Part shown: piece by piece, positions 20,740 to 29,963 of the stretch
Numbering within the stretch: position 1 is the first letter of the stretch
How the letters are laid out: every line of letters starts with the position of its first letter
Assembly (NCBI GenBank): GCA_030648955.1
Contig: JAUSHB010000004.1
Span: 1 to 60,898, forward strand
Origin: a bacterium
GTDB taxonomy: Bacteria; Patescibacteriota; Minisyncoccia; Phycocordibacterales; JAUSHB01
Direction of reading: 5' to 3'
DNA: 60,898 nucleotides
Made by a program: the position numbers and the translations under genes
Notes under the pieces: generated by a model
What the model saw: only the letters and a program-made list of their open reading frames with translations
Told to the model about the DNA's origin: nothing
Databases searched by the model: none

Positions 20740-21516
20740 ATGAACTACAATAAAGATGAGATCACTATTCTAATACCTTGCTATAACGAAGAATCACTAA
20801 TAGGATTAATAATAGAGAATTTTCACAAAGTAGGCTTCAGTAATATTTTGGTCGTAGACGATGGTTCAAAAGATGAATCCTCAAAAATAGCCTCAAGTCT
20901 TAATGCGCAGGTCATTAGAAATTATAAAGTAAGTGGATTAGACATGGCAATCCTCAGGGGAGTTTATGAAGTTAAAACTCCTTATACGTTAATATTTTAT
21001 CATTACTCTGAAGAACCAATCACACCAGAACTTTTAGAACAATTTATTCAGTTTGGAATCAGTGGCAGGTATTCATTATTGATTTCAAAAGATGATTCTA
21101 AAAGATCCACTACTTTAAGTGGCATTATTAAAAAAAGATTTGGTCTATTCATAGCGGAGCCTCTTTTTGACGTTATTTTTTTGAACAATGATCTAACTGA
21201 CCTTATAAAGAAAAAAATTGGTGGAACGGGTTATTATCTTTTTTTTGAAATAATAGGAGAAGCAATAAAGAATAAATTAAAAATCGGGAGTTATTCTTTG
21301 GGAATATCTCGATATAGACCAAAAATGTTTCGAGAAAAGATTTGGATGTTTTTAAACACCATACTAGATCATAATCCTAAAGAATATTTCAAATATGCAG
21401 TGCCAGATATAGAAAAAAGAGAGAGAAATAAGACAATATTAATTATAGTAATTACTGCCGCAATTACATTTTTATTTGATTTAATACTCAGGTATTTTTC
21501 TGTGACATTTATGTAG
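20740..21516 (+). CDS. GT2-family glycosyltransferase-like protein
   Basis: ILIPCYNEE, VVDDGSKD; C-terminal TM; visibly AT-rich. Confidence 0.75.
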   Translation: MNYNKDEITILIPCYNEESLIGLIIENFHKVGFSNILVVDDGSKDESSKIASSLNAQVIRNYKVSGLDMAILRGVYEVKTPYTLIFYHYSEEPITPELLEQFIQFGISGRYSLLISKDDSKRSTTLSGIIKKRFGLFIAEPLFDVIFLNNDLTDLIKKKIGGTGYYLFFEIIGEAIKNKLKIGSYSLGISRYRPKMFREKIWMFLNTILDHNPKEYFKYAVPDIEKRERNKTILIIVITAAITFLFDLILRYFSVTFM

Positions 21517-21715
21517 ATGGATTTAACCCTTACGCACTGAATACAATAACCATTCCAAGTAGCGTCAGAATGGTAGAATAAAAGTAACCCAAAAATCCTT
21601 GTGGGCTTAATGGATAAACCCATGAGACCGGTGAGGGCGAACAAACTCGCATACCCTCCCAAATTTCTGGAATATGTTATCATAGAGCATTACCAGGATA
21701 ACTTATTTACATATT

Positions 21716-22651
21716 ATGAAAACATCAACTATCGTATGGACTATCGTTGTTCTTATTCTTGTCGGTATTGGCGGGTATTTTTTGATGCAAGGTTCGTCCA
21801 ATAACGCGCCCGCAGTAACACAGAATCAGAATACAACAACTGACACGACGAAGTCGCAAGACAACAAGCAGGGAGGACAACCGCAGGCTGTAGATCAACA
21901 CAAAGGGGGCAGTCAATTCGTCATTGGAAAGTCTGTGCAGGGACGTGATATCACTGCTCATTACTATGGTGACGGCGGTAAAAAAATTCTCTTTGTCGGT
22001 GGCATTCATGGCGGGTACGAATGGAATACAGCACTCGTTGCATACGAGCTCATGGATTATCTCAAGGCAAACCCGAGCGTCATTCCCAGCAATGAACAAG
22101 TGACGGTCATTCCTGTTTTGAATCCGGACGGTCTCAACAAAGTTGTTAGCACCACTGGTCGCTTCGCCGCAGTAGATGTTTCATCATCAGCAGACGTGCA
22201 AGTATCCGGCCGTTTTAACGCAAATAATGTAGACCTTGGTCGCAACTTCGATTGCAACTGGAAGTCTGATGGCGTTTGGCAGAGCAAAACCGTGAGTGGT
22301 GGAAGCGAAGTATTTTCCGAGTCGGAAAGCAAGGCGGTGCGAGATTATGTAGCATCATACAAACCGGATGCGGTTGTTGTCTGGTACAGCGCCGCCGGTG
22401 GCGTGTTCGCCTCAAGTTGTAATAACGGTGTTTTGCCCGAAACGAACACGATCACAAATATTTACGCAAAAGCATCAGGCTATCCCGCGTACAAAAGTTT
22501 TGATTTCTATACAATAACGGGCGATATGGTGGATTGGCTCGCAAAAAATAACATTCCCGCAATCAGTGTTCTTCTCTCCACACATACGGATACTGAATGG
22601 GATAAAAACCTTGCAGGTATAAAAGCGCTTCTCGAACACTACGCACAATAA
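21716..22651 (+). CDS. M14 zinc carboxypeptidase-like (MpaA-like), probably catalytically dead
   Basis: GGIHGGYEW, NPDG, DLGRNF, WYS, ISVLL; N-terminal TM anchor. Confidence 0.8.
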   Translation: MKTSTIVWTIVVLILVGIGGYFLMQGSSNNAPAVTQNQNTTTDTTKSQDNKQGGQPQAVDQHKGGSQFVIGKSVQGRDITAHYYGDGGKKILFVGGIHGGYEWNTALVAYELMDYLKANPSVIPSNEQVTVIPVLNPDGLNKVVSTTGRFAAVDVSSSADVQVSGRFNANNVDLGRNFDCNWKSDGVWQSKTVSGGSEVFSESESKAVRDYVASYKPDAVVVWYSAAGGVFASSCNNGVLPETNTITNIYAKASGYPAYKSFDFYTITGDMVDWLAKNNIPAISVLLSTHTDTEWDKNLAGIKALLEHYAQ

Positions 22652-23565
22652 TGCGGTCTCTTTCTTCGAAGCAGGTCATCACGGCCATTCTCATTGTTGT
22701 TTTGATTGGTGGCTTGCTCGCGTTTGCTGTTTTGCGTTATAACAAAGTGCCAGCGTCGCCGGTAGCACAGCCGGTAGAGAAAGTTTCTGGTCCGATACAC
22801 AAGGTGATAGGCACGTCCGTGCAAGGGCGCGCGATCGATTCGTACACATATCTACCTGCCGGAAACTCGGCGCAGACAAGTGGAACAGGCGATATACATC
22901 TCGCGTTTGTCGGTGGCATACATGGCGGCTATGAGTGGAACAGCGTCTCTCTGGCGTATAAATTTATGGATTATCTCAAGGCAAACCAAGAGGTCATTCC
23001 CAAAAACATAACCGTTTCGGTGATTCCGTCCGCTAATCCTGACGGCGTGTATAAAGTGATAGGCAAAGAGGGTCGTTTCGCTTTTGCGGATGTGTCCAAA
23101 GAAGCGGCTACTGTTCCAGGGCGATTCAATGCCCATGATGTTGACCTCAACCGTAACTTTGACTGTAGGTGGAAATCGGAGAGTATGTGGAAAGGAAATA
23201 AAGTAAGCGCCGGAACAGAACCGTTCTCGGAGCCGGAAGCCAGGGCTGTTCGGGATTTTGTTTTAGAAAATAAGCCAGATGCTGTTATCTTCTGGCATAG
23301 TCAGGCCAATGCTGTGTACGCATCCGAGTGCAAGGACGGCATTCTTCCCAAGACACTCGACATCATGAATGCATATGCGCGCGCGGCCGGATATCCGGCA
23401 GTCAAATCATTTGACGCATACGCGATCACCGGCGATGCCGAAGGGTGGCTTGCATCCATAAACATTCCAGCAATTACTGTTGAACTTAAAACTCACGAGA
23501 CCATTGAGTGGGATAAAAACTTAGCCGGTATCAACGCGCTTTTTAAGTACTATGGACATATATGA
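22651..23565 (+). CDS. M14 zinc carboxypeptidase (MpaA-like)
   Basis: GGIHGGYEW, NPDG, DLNRNF, FWHS, ITVEL; N-terminal TM anchor. Confidence 0.85.
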   Translation: MRSLSSKQVITAILIVVLIGGLLAFAVLRYNKVPASPVAQPVEKVSGPIHKVIGTSVQGRAIDSYTYLPAGNSAQTSGTGDIHLAFVGGIHGGYEWNSVSLAYKFMDYLKANQEVIPKNITVSVIPSANPDGVYKVIGKEGRFAFADVSKEAATVPGRFNAHDVDLNRNFDCRWKSESMWKGNKVSAGTEPFSEPEARAVRDFVLENKPDAVIFWHSQANAVYASECKDGILPKTLDIMNAYARAAGYPAVKSFDAYAITGDAEGWLASINIPAITVELKTHETIEWDKNLAGINALFKYYGHI

Positions 23566-23578
23566 TAGAATTTAATAT

Positions 23579-23920
23579 ATGACAGAAAAATTTGACCCAA
23601 AATCTCAAGAGGAAAATCCTGAAAGCCTTTCGAAAAAAGAGAGGTTTGAAAGCTTGTGCAAAGTATTTGATGAAGCAGAAGCCGTATTTGCGTCTGAAGG
23701 AAGAGAGGAACTAAAAACATACCTAACGAGAATTTACGACGACTTGATTGCGCTAAACAAAAGAGACACAGAAGATTGGATGAATGTGTTTGTTTGGAAT
23801 CCAGATGGAGATTTGACCGAACAAGAATTTAACACCTTAAACCTTCGAAGGAAAAAATTATCTACTGGCGTAGGAATGAGGAATTCGGGGGAGATTAGGC
23901 ATGATTTGAACGAAATTTAA
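23579..23920 (+). CDS. Hypothetical protein
   Basis: 113-aa ORF preceded by TGaTAGAAT extended -10. Confidence 0.6.
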   Translation: MTEKFDPKSQEENPESLSKKERFESLCKVFDEAEAVFASEGREELKTYLTRIYDDLIALNKRDTEDWMNVFVWNPDGDLTEQEFNTLNLRRKKLSTGVGMRNSGEIRHDLNEI

Positions 23921-24070
23921 AGTAAACAAGATCTGCTATTGGGGATCTAATTGAGTGTCGTCAAACTATATAGTCTTGGATCCCACTACCTCATACTCAA
24001 TACAAAAACATATTGCAAATTTTTAGGCTGTGTTACTATAGAGCATTATTAGGGTAATTTGTTACATGTT

Positions 24071-24544
24071 ATGAAGCCATCAATTATTTGGATTGTTGTT
24101 CTTATTCTTGTTGTATTAGGGGGTTGGTATCTTTACTCCGTGCAGACTGTCTCCGCTCCTGTTGTGCCATCAGTGGAAACGCAGATGACCGCCGGCACAA
24201 ATACTTCCGCGCCCACCACCTCATCGGCGTCAATGTCCGCAACCGTGAAGTTCACCAGTTCCGGTTTTTCTCCGGGAACAGTGACTATTGTCAAAGGCGG
24301 CACGGTTACCTGGGTCGACGAAAGCGGCAGTTCGATGTGGATCGCTTCAGCTATGCACCCGGCGCATCTACTTTACGACAACACCTCCAAAGATGAGCAC
24401 TGCGCTCCAGGCTATACTGGTCCAACACCGCTTGATCAGTGTTTGTCTGGCGCAAATTACAGTTTCACCTTCAATAAAATCGGTACATGGAAGTATCACA
24501 ATCATGCCAATGAATCGCAGTTTGGCACGGTGATAGTGCAATAA
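24071..24544 (+). CDS. Membrane-anchored cupredoxin-fold protein
   Basis: GFSPGTVTIVKGGTVTW, YSFTFNKIGTWKYHNH. Confidence 0.8.
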   Translation: MKPSIIWIVVLILVVLGGWYLYSVQTVSAPVVPSVETQMTAGTNTSAPTTSSASMSATVKFTSSGFSPGTVTIVKGGTVTWVDESGSSMWIASAMHPAHLLYDNTSKDEHCAPGYTGPTPLDQCLSGANYSFTFNKIGTWKYHNHANESQFGTVIVQ

Positions 24545-24613
24545 CATCTCCTACGTCTAGAGCAATAGAAAATTCCTCTGGTGGAGAGAAACGCACGCTC
24601 ATTGGGGAAAATT

Positions 24614-24640
24614 TGACAAAAATGCATTTATAGTATACCA
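24614..24640 (+). promoter_or_regulatory. sigma70-like promoter upstream of cold-shock gene
   Basis: TTGACA followed by tagtataccat. Confidence 0.5.
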
Positions 24641-24710
24641 TTGCGTTCTAGTGTAAGGCACGGAAACAAAGTCGAGTTTCGGAGTATTAAGTAAACAATA
24701 AGCAAATCAC

Positions 24711-24905
24711 ATGACAGGAACAATAAATTCCCTTAGAGAAGGATATGGATTCATTTCTCGCGAAGGCGAAGCAAAGGATCTTTTTTTTCATGCAAAGGAA
24801 TTGAGAGGTGTTGCATTTGATGAATTGAAAAAGGGAGACGAACTCACTTTTGAAGTCATTGAAACTGAAAAAGGCGCAGCTGCTACGAACGTAGCACGCG
24901 CGTAA
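24711..24905 (+). CDS. Cold-shock protein (CspA family)
   Basis: GYGFI (RNP1), DLFFH (RNP2), KGAAATNV. Confidence 0.95.
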   Translation: MTGTINSLREGYGFISREGEAKDLFFHAKELRGVAFDELKKGDELTFEVIETEKGAAATNVARA

Positions 24906-24917
24906 TCATCTATTAAG

Positions 24918-24950
24918 AAAAAACCGCCCTCATTACGAGGGCGGTTTTTT
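24918..24950 (+). terminator. Intrinsic terminator
   Basis: aaaaaaccgccctc-attac-gagggcggtttttt. Confidence 0.85.
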
Positions 24951-24981
24951 CTTTACCGTTCTCGTGGTAGAGTGACTTCTT

Positions 24982-26466
24982 ATGGCAAAGTCGGAAACAG
25001 TTATTTCGTTTGAAGAAGTGTCGTTTGAATATGGACACAACCACCCAATTTTAGATGAGGTGGATTTTTCTGTGCGACAAAGAAGAAAGGTAACTGTTAT
25101 GGGTCAGAACGGCGCGGGGAAGAGTACCGTCTTTGGGCTCATCACCGGCGAGCTTAATCCGGAATCAGGGAACGTGCACATCACCAAAGGCATTACCATC
25201 GCGACCGCAAAACAGGTCATCCCGCGAGAAGATCTCGACCTCACGGTGCGCGCATTTTTCGAGAAATGTTTTTCAAAAAAAATATATGACATTGACCCGC
25301 GTATCGACGACGTGCTTGAAGTGGTGAATTTGAAAGGACACACCAAGGTGCACGATCGTATTATCCGCTCGTTTTCGGGCGGTCAGCAGGCGCGGCTTCT
25401 TCTCGCTTCCGCGCTTATCCAAGACCCGGACATCCTCCTTCTTGATGAGCCGACGAACAATTTAGATAAGGCGGGAATCGCGCATCTGACAAAATTTCTC
25501 GTGGATTATCAGAAGACGTGCATTGTTATTTCGCACGATGCAGATTTTTTGAATGCGTTTACCGATGGTGTGCTGTATTTGGATATTCATACGCGTAAAG
25601 TGGAACAGTATATGGGCAACTATGCCGATGTGGTGAAAGAGATCACTGCGCGCATGGAAAAGGAGAACAGAAAAAATGCCCAGCTTTCCAAAGAAATTCA
25701 GGCGAACAAAGATAAGGCTAACTTTTTTGCGATGAAGGGCGGACAGATGCGTATGGTGGCAAAGCGAATGAGGCAAAAGGCAGAAGAGATGGAGGAAGCA
25801 AAAGTTGACACGCGGAAAGAAGACAAGACGATACGGGCATTCAAAATCCCTGCGCAGAAGGAACTGTCAGGAGAGATCCTTGCTATCTCGGCATTTACCA
25901 CGATGGTTGACCATCCCTCGAGTAGCCTCGGGACAAGTAAGATAAAATCCCGCACAGCAAATATTTCACTTCGGAAAAACAAACACTTGCTCCTTGTTGG
26001 CCCCAATGGCATCGGCAAGTCGACACTTCTTGAAGCGCTTGCGAATGGAGTTACTAAGGGCGCGCATATCGCAGAGGGTGTCACGGTCGGCTATTATCGA
26101 CAGGATTTTTCCACGCTCAATTTTGACGACACGGTGTATCAGTCGCTTATTTCAGTGATGAAACAGCCGGACGAAGAAGTAATGCGTTCTGTCGCGGCGG
26201 GATTTTTAATAACCTCCGCAGTTATGAATACAAAAATCGGCAGTCTTTCAGAAGGACAAAAAGGCCTCGTTGCTTTCGCGCGTCTCGTGCTTGAGAAGCC
26301 CGGACTTCTCATCCTCGATGAGCCCACAAACCACATTAACTTTCGCCATCTGCCCGTCATCGCACAGGCGCTTGATTCCTATGAAGGCGCAATGGTTCTC
26401 GTCTCCCACGTTCCTGAATTCGTAAAGCAAATCAGAATTGACGAGATATTGGACATGGGGAAGTAG
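24982..26466 (+). CDS. ABC-F family ATPase
   Basis: Two NBDs (GQNGAGKS, GPNGIGKS; DEPTN twice), no TM. Confidence 0.92.
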   Translation: MAKSETVISFEEVSFEYGHNHPILDEVDFSVRQRRKVTVMGQNGAGKSTVFGLITGELNPESGNVHITKGITIATAKQVIPREDLDLTVRAFFEKCFSKKIYDIDPRIDDVLEVVNLKGHTKVHDRIIRSFSGGQQARLLLASALIQDPDILLLDEPTNNLDKAGIAHLTKFLVDYQKTCIVISHDADFLNAFTDGVLYLDIHTRKVEQYMGNYADVVKEITARMEKENRKNAQLSKEIQANKDKANFFAMKGGQMRMVAKRMRQKAEEMEEAKVDTRKEDKTIRAFKIPAQKELSGEILAISAFTTMVDHPSSSLGTSKIKSRTANISLRKNKHLLLVGPNGIGKSTLLEALANGVTKGAHIAEGVTVGYYRQDFSTLNFDDTVYQSLISVMKQPDEEVMRSVAAGFLITSAVMNTKIGSLSEGQKGLVAFARLVLEKPGLLILDEPTNHINFRHLPVIAQALDSYEGAMVLVSHVPEFVKQIRIDEILDMGK

Positions 26467-26527
26467 GAAATGTAGAACATAAATCCTAGAGCGTAGAGCT
26501 TTAAAAAAATGTGATAAAATTAAAATT

Positions 26528-27294
26528 ATGAAAATAATTACTCTCAATACATGGGGAGGACGGGCAGGAAAGAAAAAACTCCTTTCGTTTTTTAAAAAGT
26601 ATAACGATACAACTGATATATTTTGCCTTCAGGAAATATGGGCTGCGCCTTACGAACATTTAGATGGGCATATGGCTGGCGGCAGGGCAATGAATCACTC
26701 AGAGATTATGGTGTATGGCATGCAAGAAATATCTAGAACATTGCCTGAATATGCAGCATATTTTCGTCCTCATTATTTAGATAACTACGGTCTTATGTTG
26801 CTTGTGAAAAAAAATTATTAGTGACCGAAGAGGGGGAGGTTTTTGTGTATAAACATAAGGGGTATATTCCCGAAGGAGACATTGGTAATCATGCTCGCAA
26901 TATTCAGTACGTTACCATCCAGACAAGTAATGGACCACTAACGGTGGTTAATTTTCATGGACTATGGAATGGGAAGGGAAAAACAGATACGGAAGACAGA
27001 ATAAATCAATCAAAAAATATTTTGGAATTTACTAAAAATCTCCAAGGAGAACATGTCTTATGCGGTGATTTTAATCTTTTGCCCGATACTGAAAGTATTA
27101 CCATTCTTGAAAATGCGGGTCTTCAAAATTTAATTAAACGGTTTGGTGTTACTTCGACAAGAACATCACACTACACTAAACCTGATAAATATGCCGATTA
27201 TGTATTTATCACGAATGAAATAAAAGTAAAAGATTTTAAAGTGCTTCCCGAAGAAGTATCAGATCACCATGCTCTTTATCTTAAAATAGAGTAG
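26528..27294 (+). pseudogene. Endonuclease/exonuclease/phosphatase (EEP) gene split by a 1-nt frameshift
   Basis: TLNTW...CLQE in ORF1 (26528-26821); GDFN and DYVF...SDH in ORF2 (26821-27294); break at the A8 run near 26807. Confidence 0.8.
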
Positions 27295-27327
27295 TGTTTT
27301 AAGAGTGCTGCTGTTAACGATTTTTTC

Positions 27328-27364
27328 ACACACTATCCCCTGCGACAAATCCTGTGGTCCAGCA
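27328..27364. repeat. 37-bp direct repeat of flavoprotein gene 3' end
   Basis: acacactatcccctgcgacaaatcctgtggtccagca identical to 28037-28073; degenerate similarity continues ~30 bp. Confidence 0.9.
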
Positions 27365-27415
27365 AGCTCTCGATAATAGCCGCCTCTTGGGCGGTTGGTA
27401 TGGTAAAATAAATTC

Positions 27416-27943
27416 ATGATTCAAAAAGGAAATAACAATGCTTACATAGATGGTAATAATTTATATCGCGGAGTAAGTAATTCCGGTTGGAAGATCGATT
27501 TTGTCAGATTCAGAAAGTGGCTTGAGGATAAGCACGGAGTAATTCGAGCTTACTATTTTATCGGGTTGATTCCCAAGGAAAAAGATATGTATGAGGCGCT
27601 GCAGAAAGCAGGCTTCACATTGATTTTTAAAGAAGTGGTTTATGACGGAGATGGTAAGCCAAAGGGTAATTGCGATGCCGATTTGGTTTTACAGGCAACC
27701 AGAGATGTTTATGAAAATTCTTGCGAAAAATTAGTATTAGTTACTAGCGACGGAGACTACTCTAGTTTGGTAAAATTTTTGCAAGAAAAAAATAAATTAA
27801 AAATTATACTTTCCCCCAGCGTTCAAAAAAGATGTTCAATTTTATTGAAAAGAACTAACGCGCCGATTACGTATTTAGATGAAGTAAAAGGCAAAATTTC
27901 TCTGCAACCTAAAGAAAAAGCCCCCATTAAGGACAAGCCTTAA
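27416..27943 (+). CDS. NYN (LabA/DUF88, PIN-like) domain protein
   Basis: YIDGNNL, KGNCDADL, LVTSDGDY acidic motifs. Confidence 0.9.
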   Translation: MIQKGNNNAYIDGNNLYRGVSNSGWKIDFVRFRKWLEDKHGVIRAYYFIGLIPKEKDMYEALQKAGFTLIFKEVVYDGDGKPKGNCDADLVLQATRDVYENSCEKLVLVTSDGDYSSLVKFLQEKNKLKIILSPSVQKRCSILLKRTNAPITYLDEVKGKISLQPKEKAPIKDKP

Positions 27944-28034
27944 CAGGGTCTTTTTCGTAGTGATATGTATATATTAGCAAGTGCTTAACACAAGTCAAGG
28001 CGAGCTGTGGAAAATTTAGCATCATTGCAAAATC

Positions 28035-29384
28035 CTACACACTATCCCCTGCGACAAATCCTGTGGTCCAGCAGAGCTGAAGGGAATAGCCGCCTGATGG
28101 GCGGTTGATATTGAGTATGTCGCCTGCGAAATAAAGGTTTGGGTAGAGGCGCGAGCGCATGGTTTTGGTATCCACTTCGTCAAGCGAAACCCCACCGTCC
28201 GATACCACAGCGCGGTCATATCCCATAAGTCCTTTGATGGCGAGCGGCGCACCTTTCAAGATATGGACGAGGCGCTTACGGTCTTCTTTGGTGATGCTGT
28301 GCGCTTTAATATTTACGTCGGGAAGCCCCCAGAGCATTAAGATGGCAGGGTCGGTGCCGTGAGGGACAAGCGCGTCAAGGAAATTTTTGAGATTTTTGTT
28401 TTTATTGGCATCAATGGTTTTAAGAATACTTCGCTCAAGATCCGCAAAATCAGTATCGGGATACATATCAATTTCTGCGGTCACCTCGCCCCCCTCGAGC
28501 AATTCGCTTACCTGTTTTGCGGAGTTGAGAATAAGTGGACCGGAAAGTCCGAAGTGAGTGAAGAGAAGTTTTCCTTTTTTTGAAAATGCCTTTTTTCTTT
28601 TACCCTGAGCGTCGTCGAACGGGTTGCCGTTTTGAAAAAAAGTTATTTTCATAAATGAAAGTGATATGCCGGAAAGTTTTTTGACCCACGCGTCTTTGAC
28701 CGCAAGAGGTACAATATTTGGGCTTCCAGGGGCGACAGTATGGCCGAGTTCTTTGAGCCATTTAAACCCATCGCCCGTCGAGCCTGTTTCGGGACGGGAA
28801 TATCCGCCCGTTGTGATAATAAAATTATCTGCGGTGTAGCGGGTGGCCTGACTGCGAGCGCCGTGCCTGCGCCGTAGCGCGGCAGGCAGGTTCTCGCTCA
28901 GGCAGGCACCGCAAGAAACAGAAACAATCTTGCCGCCGAGAGCGGTGACTCGTCCGACGGCGGCACCCATCTTTACTGTCACGTGATTATCGGCGATATA
29001 TTGTTTCATAACACGCGACACGTCTGTCGCTTTTTGCGTGTTGGGAAAAGCGCGTTTACGAGCTTCAACCACGAGTGGTAATTCGTGTGATTCAAAAAAT
29101 TCAAATGTATTTTTTACACCGAAGCGTGAAAAAGGGGAGTAGAGATAGTTTTTTGCCGTAGAGTAGTGTTTTAAAAATTCATGGACGTCGTATTCGGCGT
29201 TGGTGATATTGCACCTGCCACCGCCCGTCATATCGAGTTTTTTCCCAAGCGTTTTATTTTTTTCAAGAAGAAGAACGGACTTGCCGTGCTCTCCTGCATG
29301 CCCCGCCGCCATCATACCCGCCGGACCTCCGCCGATGACAATAACATCAAAATGAGTTTTTTCCACCTTTTTCATACTGGGCAT
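28035..29384 (-). CDS. HI0933/YhiN-family NAD(P)/FAD-dependent flavoprotein
   Basis: GGGPAG, GGGRCNITN, TGSTGDG, LFTHFGLSGP, GGYSLQ; two palindromic inserts. Confidence 0.92.
   Translation of the reverse strand: MPSMKKVEKTHFDVIVIGGGPAGMMAAGHAGEHGKSVLLLEKNKTLGKKLDMTGGGRCNITNAEYDVHEFLKHYSTAKNYLYSPFSRFGVKNTFEFFESHELPLVVEARKRAFPNTQKATDVSRVMKQYIADNHVTVKMGAAVGRVTALGGKIVSVSCGACLSENLPAALRRRHGARSQATRYTADNFIITTGGYSRPETGSTGDGFKWLKELGHTVAPGSPNIVPLAVKDAWVKKLSGISLSFMKITFFQNGNPFDDAQGKRKKAFSKKGKLLFTHFGLSGPLILNSAKQVSELLEGGEVTAEIDMYPDTDFADLERSILKTIDANKNKNLKNFLDALVPHGTDPAILMLWGLPDVNIKAHSITKEDRKRLVHILKGAPLAIKGLMGYDRAVVSDGGVSLDEVDTKTMRSRLYPNLYFAGDILNINRPSGGYSLQLCWTTGFVAGDSV
28601..28624. repeat. In-frame cccNttcgacNNgctcaggg-type palindromic insert
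   Basis: Coding strand cccgttcgacgacgctcagggta, encodes PFDDAQG. Confidence 0.6.
28847..28906. repeat. Nested 30+30 bp in-frame palindromic insert
   Basis: cctgactgcgagcg-[ccgtgcctgcgccgtagcgcggcaggcagg]-ttctcgctcaggcagg. Confidence 0.85.
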
Positions 29385-29403
29385 AGTAGCATATTTACTT
29401 ATG

Positions 29404-29437
29404 AAAAAACCGCCCCAAGTTCTTCATGGGGCGGTTT
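29404..29437 (-). terminator. Intrinsic terminator
   Basis: aaaaaaccgcccca...tggggcggttt. Confidence 0.7.
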
Positions 29438-29450
29438 CAAGAAACAAAAA

Positions 29451-29861
29451 CTAATGAAGGGTGTGTTTCTCTTTTTCTGAAGTTTCATCAAAATAAATCA
29501 CACCATTTTCCGGAAAATATTCCTCGAAGACTATACTCACATAGCGATCGAGTTCTTCAAGAAATTTATCAATCATTTCCGGTGGCTGTCCTTCCGCGAC
29601 AATACTACTCAGCATATTCCGAAGAAATGAAAGCACCCTGTCTTTAAAAAGCATCCACCCAGCAATTTCTTCCCGAAGCATCATCGCGTTGTCTTCCATG
29701 ATTTTCTTTTGTTGCACAGCTTCTTCAAGAATTTGAATTCCATCGTCGTATGATGAAAACTCGAGAGACTGGCTTCCGTCGGGATAGTTGATATGTCCGT
29801 GAAGCCCACAGTTACAACGTTCGGCAAAAGCAACACGCTGAATGATAAGTTTCGTATTCAC
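29451..29861 (-). CDS. Hypothetical protein
   Basis: 136-aa ORF followed by a terminator. Confidence 0.6.
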   Translation of the reverse strand: MNTKLIIQRVAFAERCNCGLHGHINYPDGSQSLEFSSYDDGIQILEEAVQQKKIMEDNAMMLREEIAGWMLFKDRVLSFLRNMLSSIVAEGQPPEMIDKFLEELDRYVSIVFEEYFPENGVIYFDETSEKEKHTLH

Positions 29862-29963
29862 TGGTTCTATCCTCCGTGTATTCTTTATTTATATTGCTCG
29901 CAGGACTTCAAAAAGTCAATCCCACATATCATATTAATTTTTTTATATGTTAAAATATCTCTT

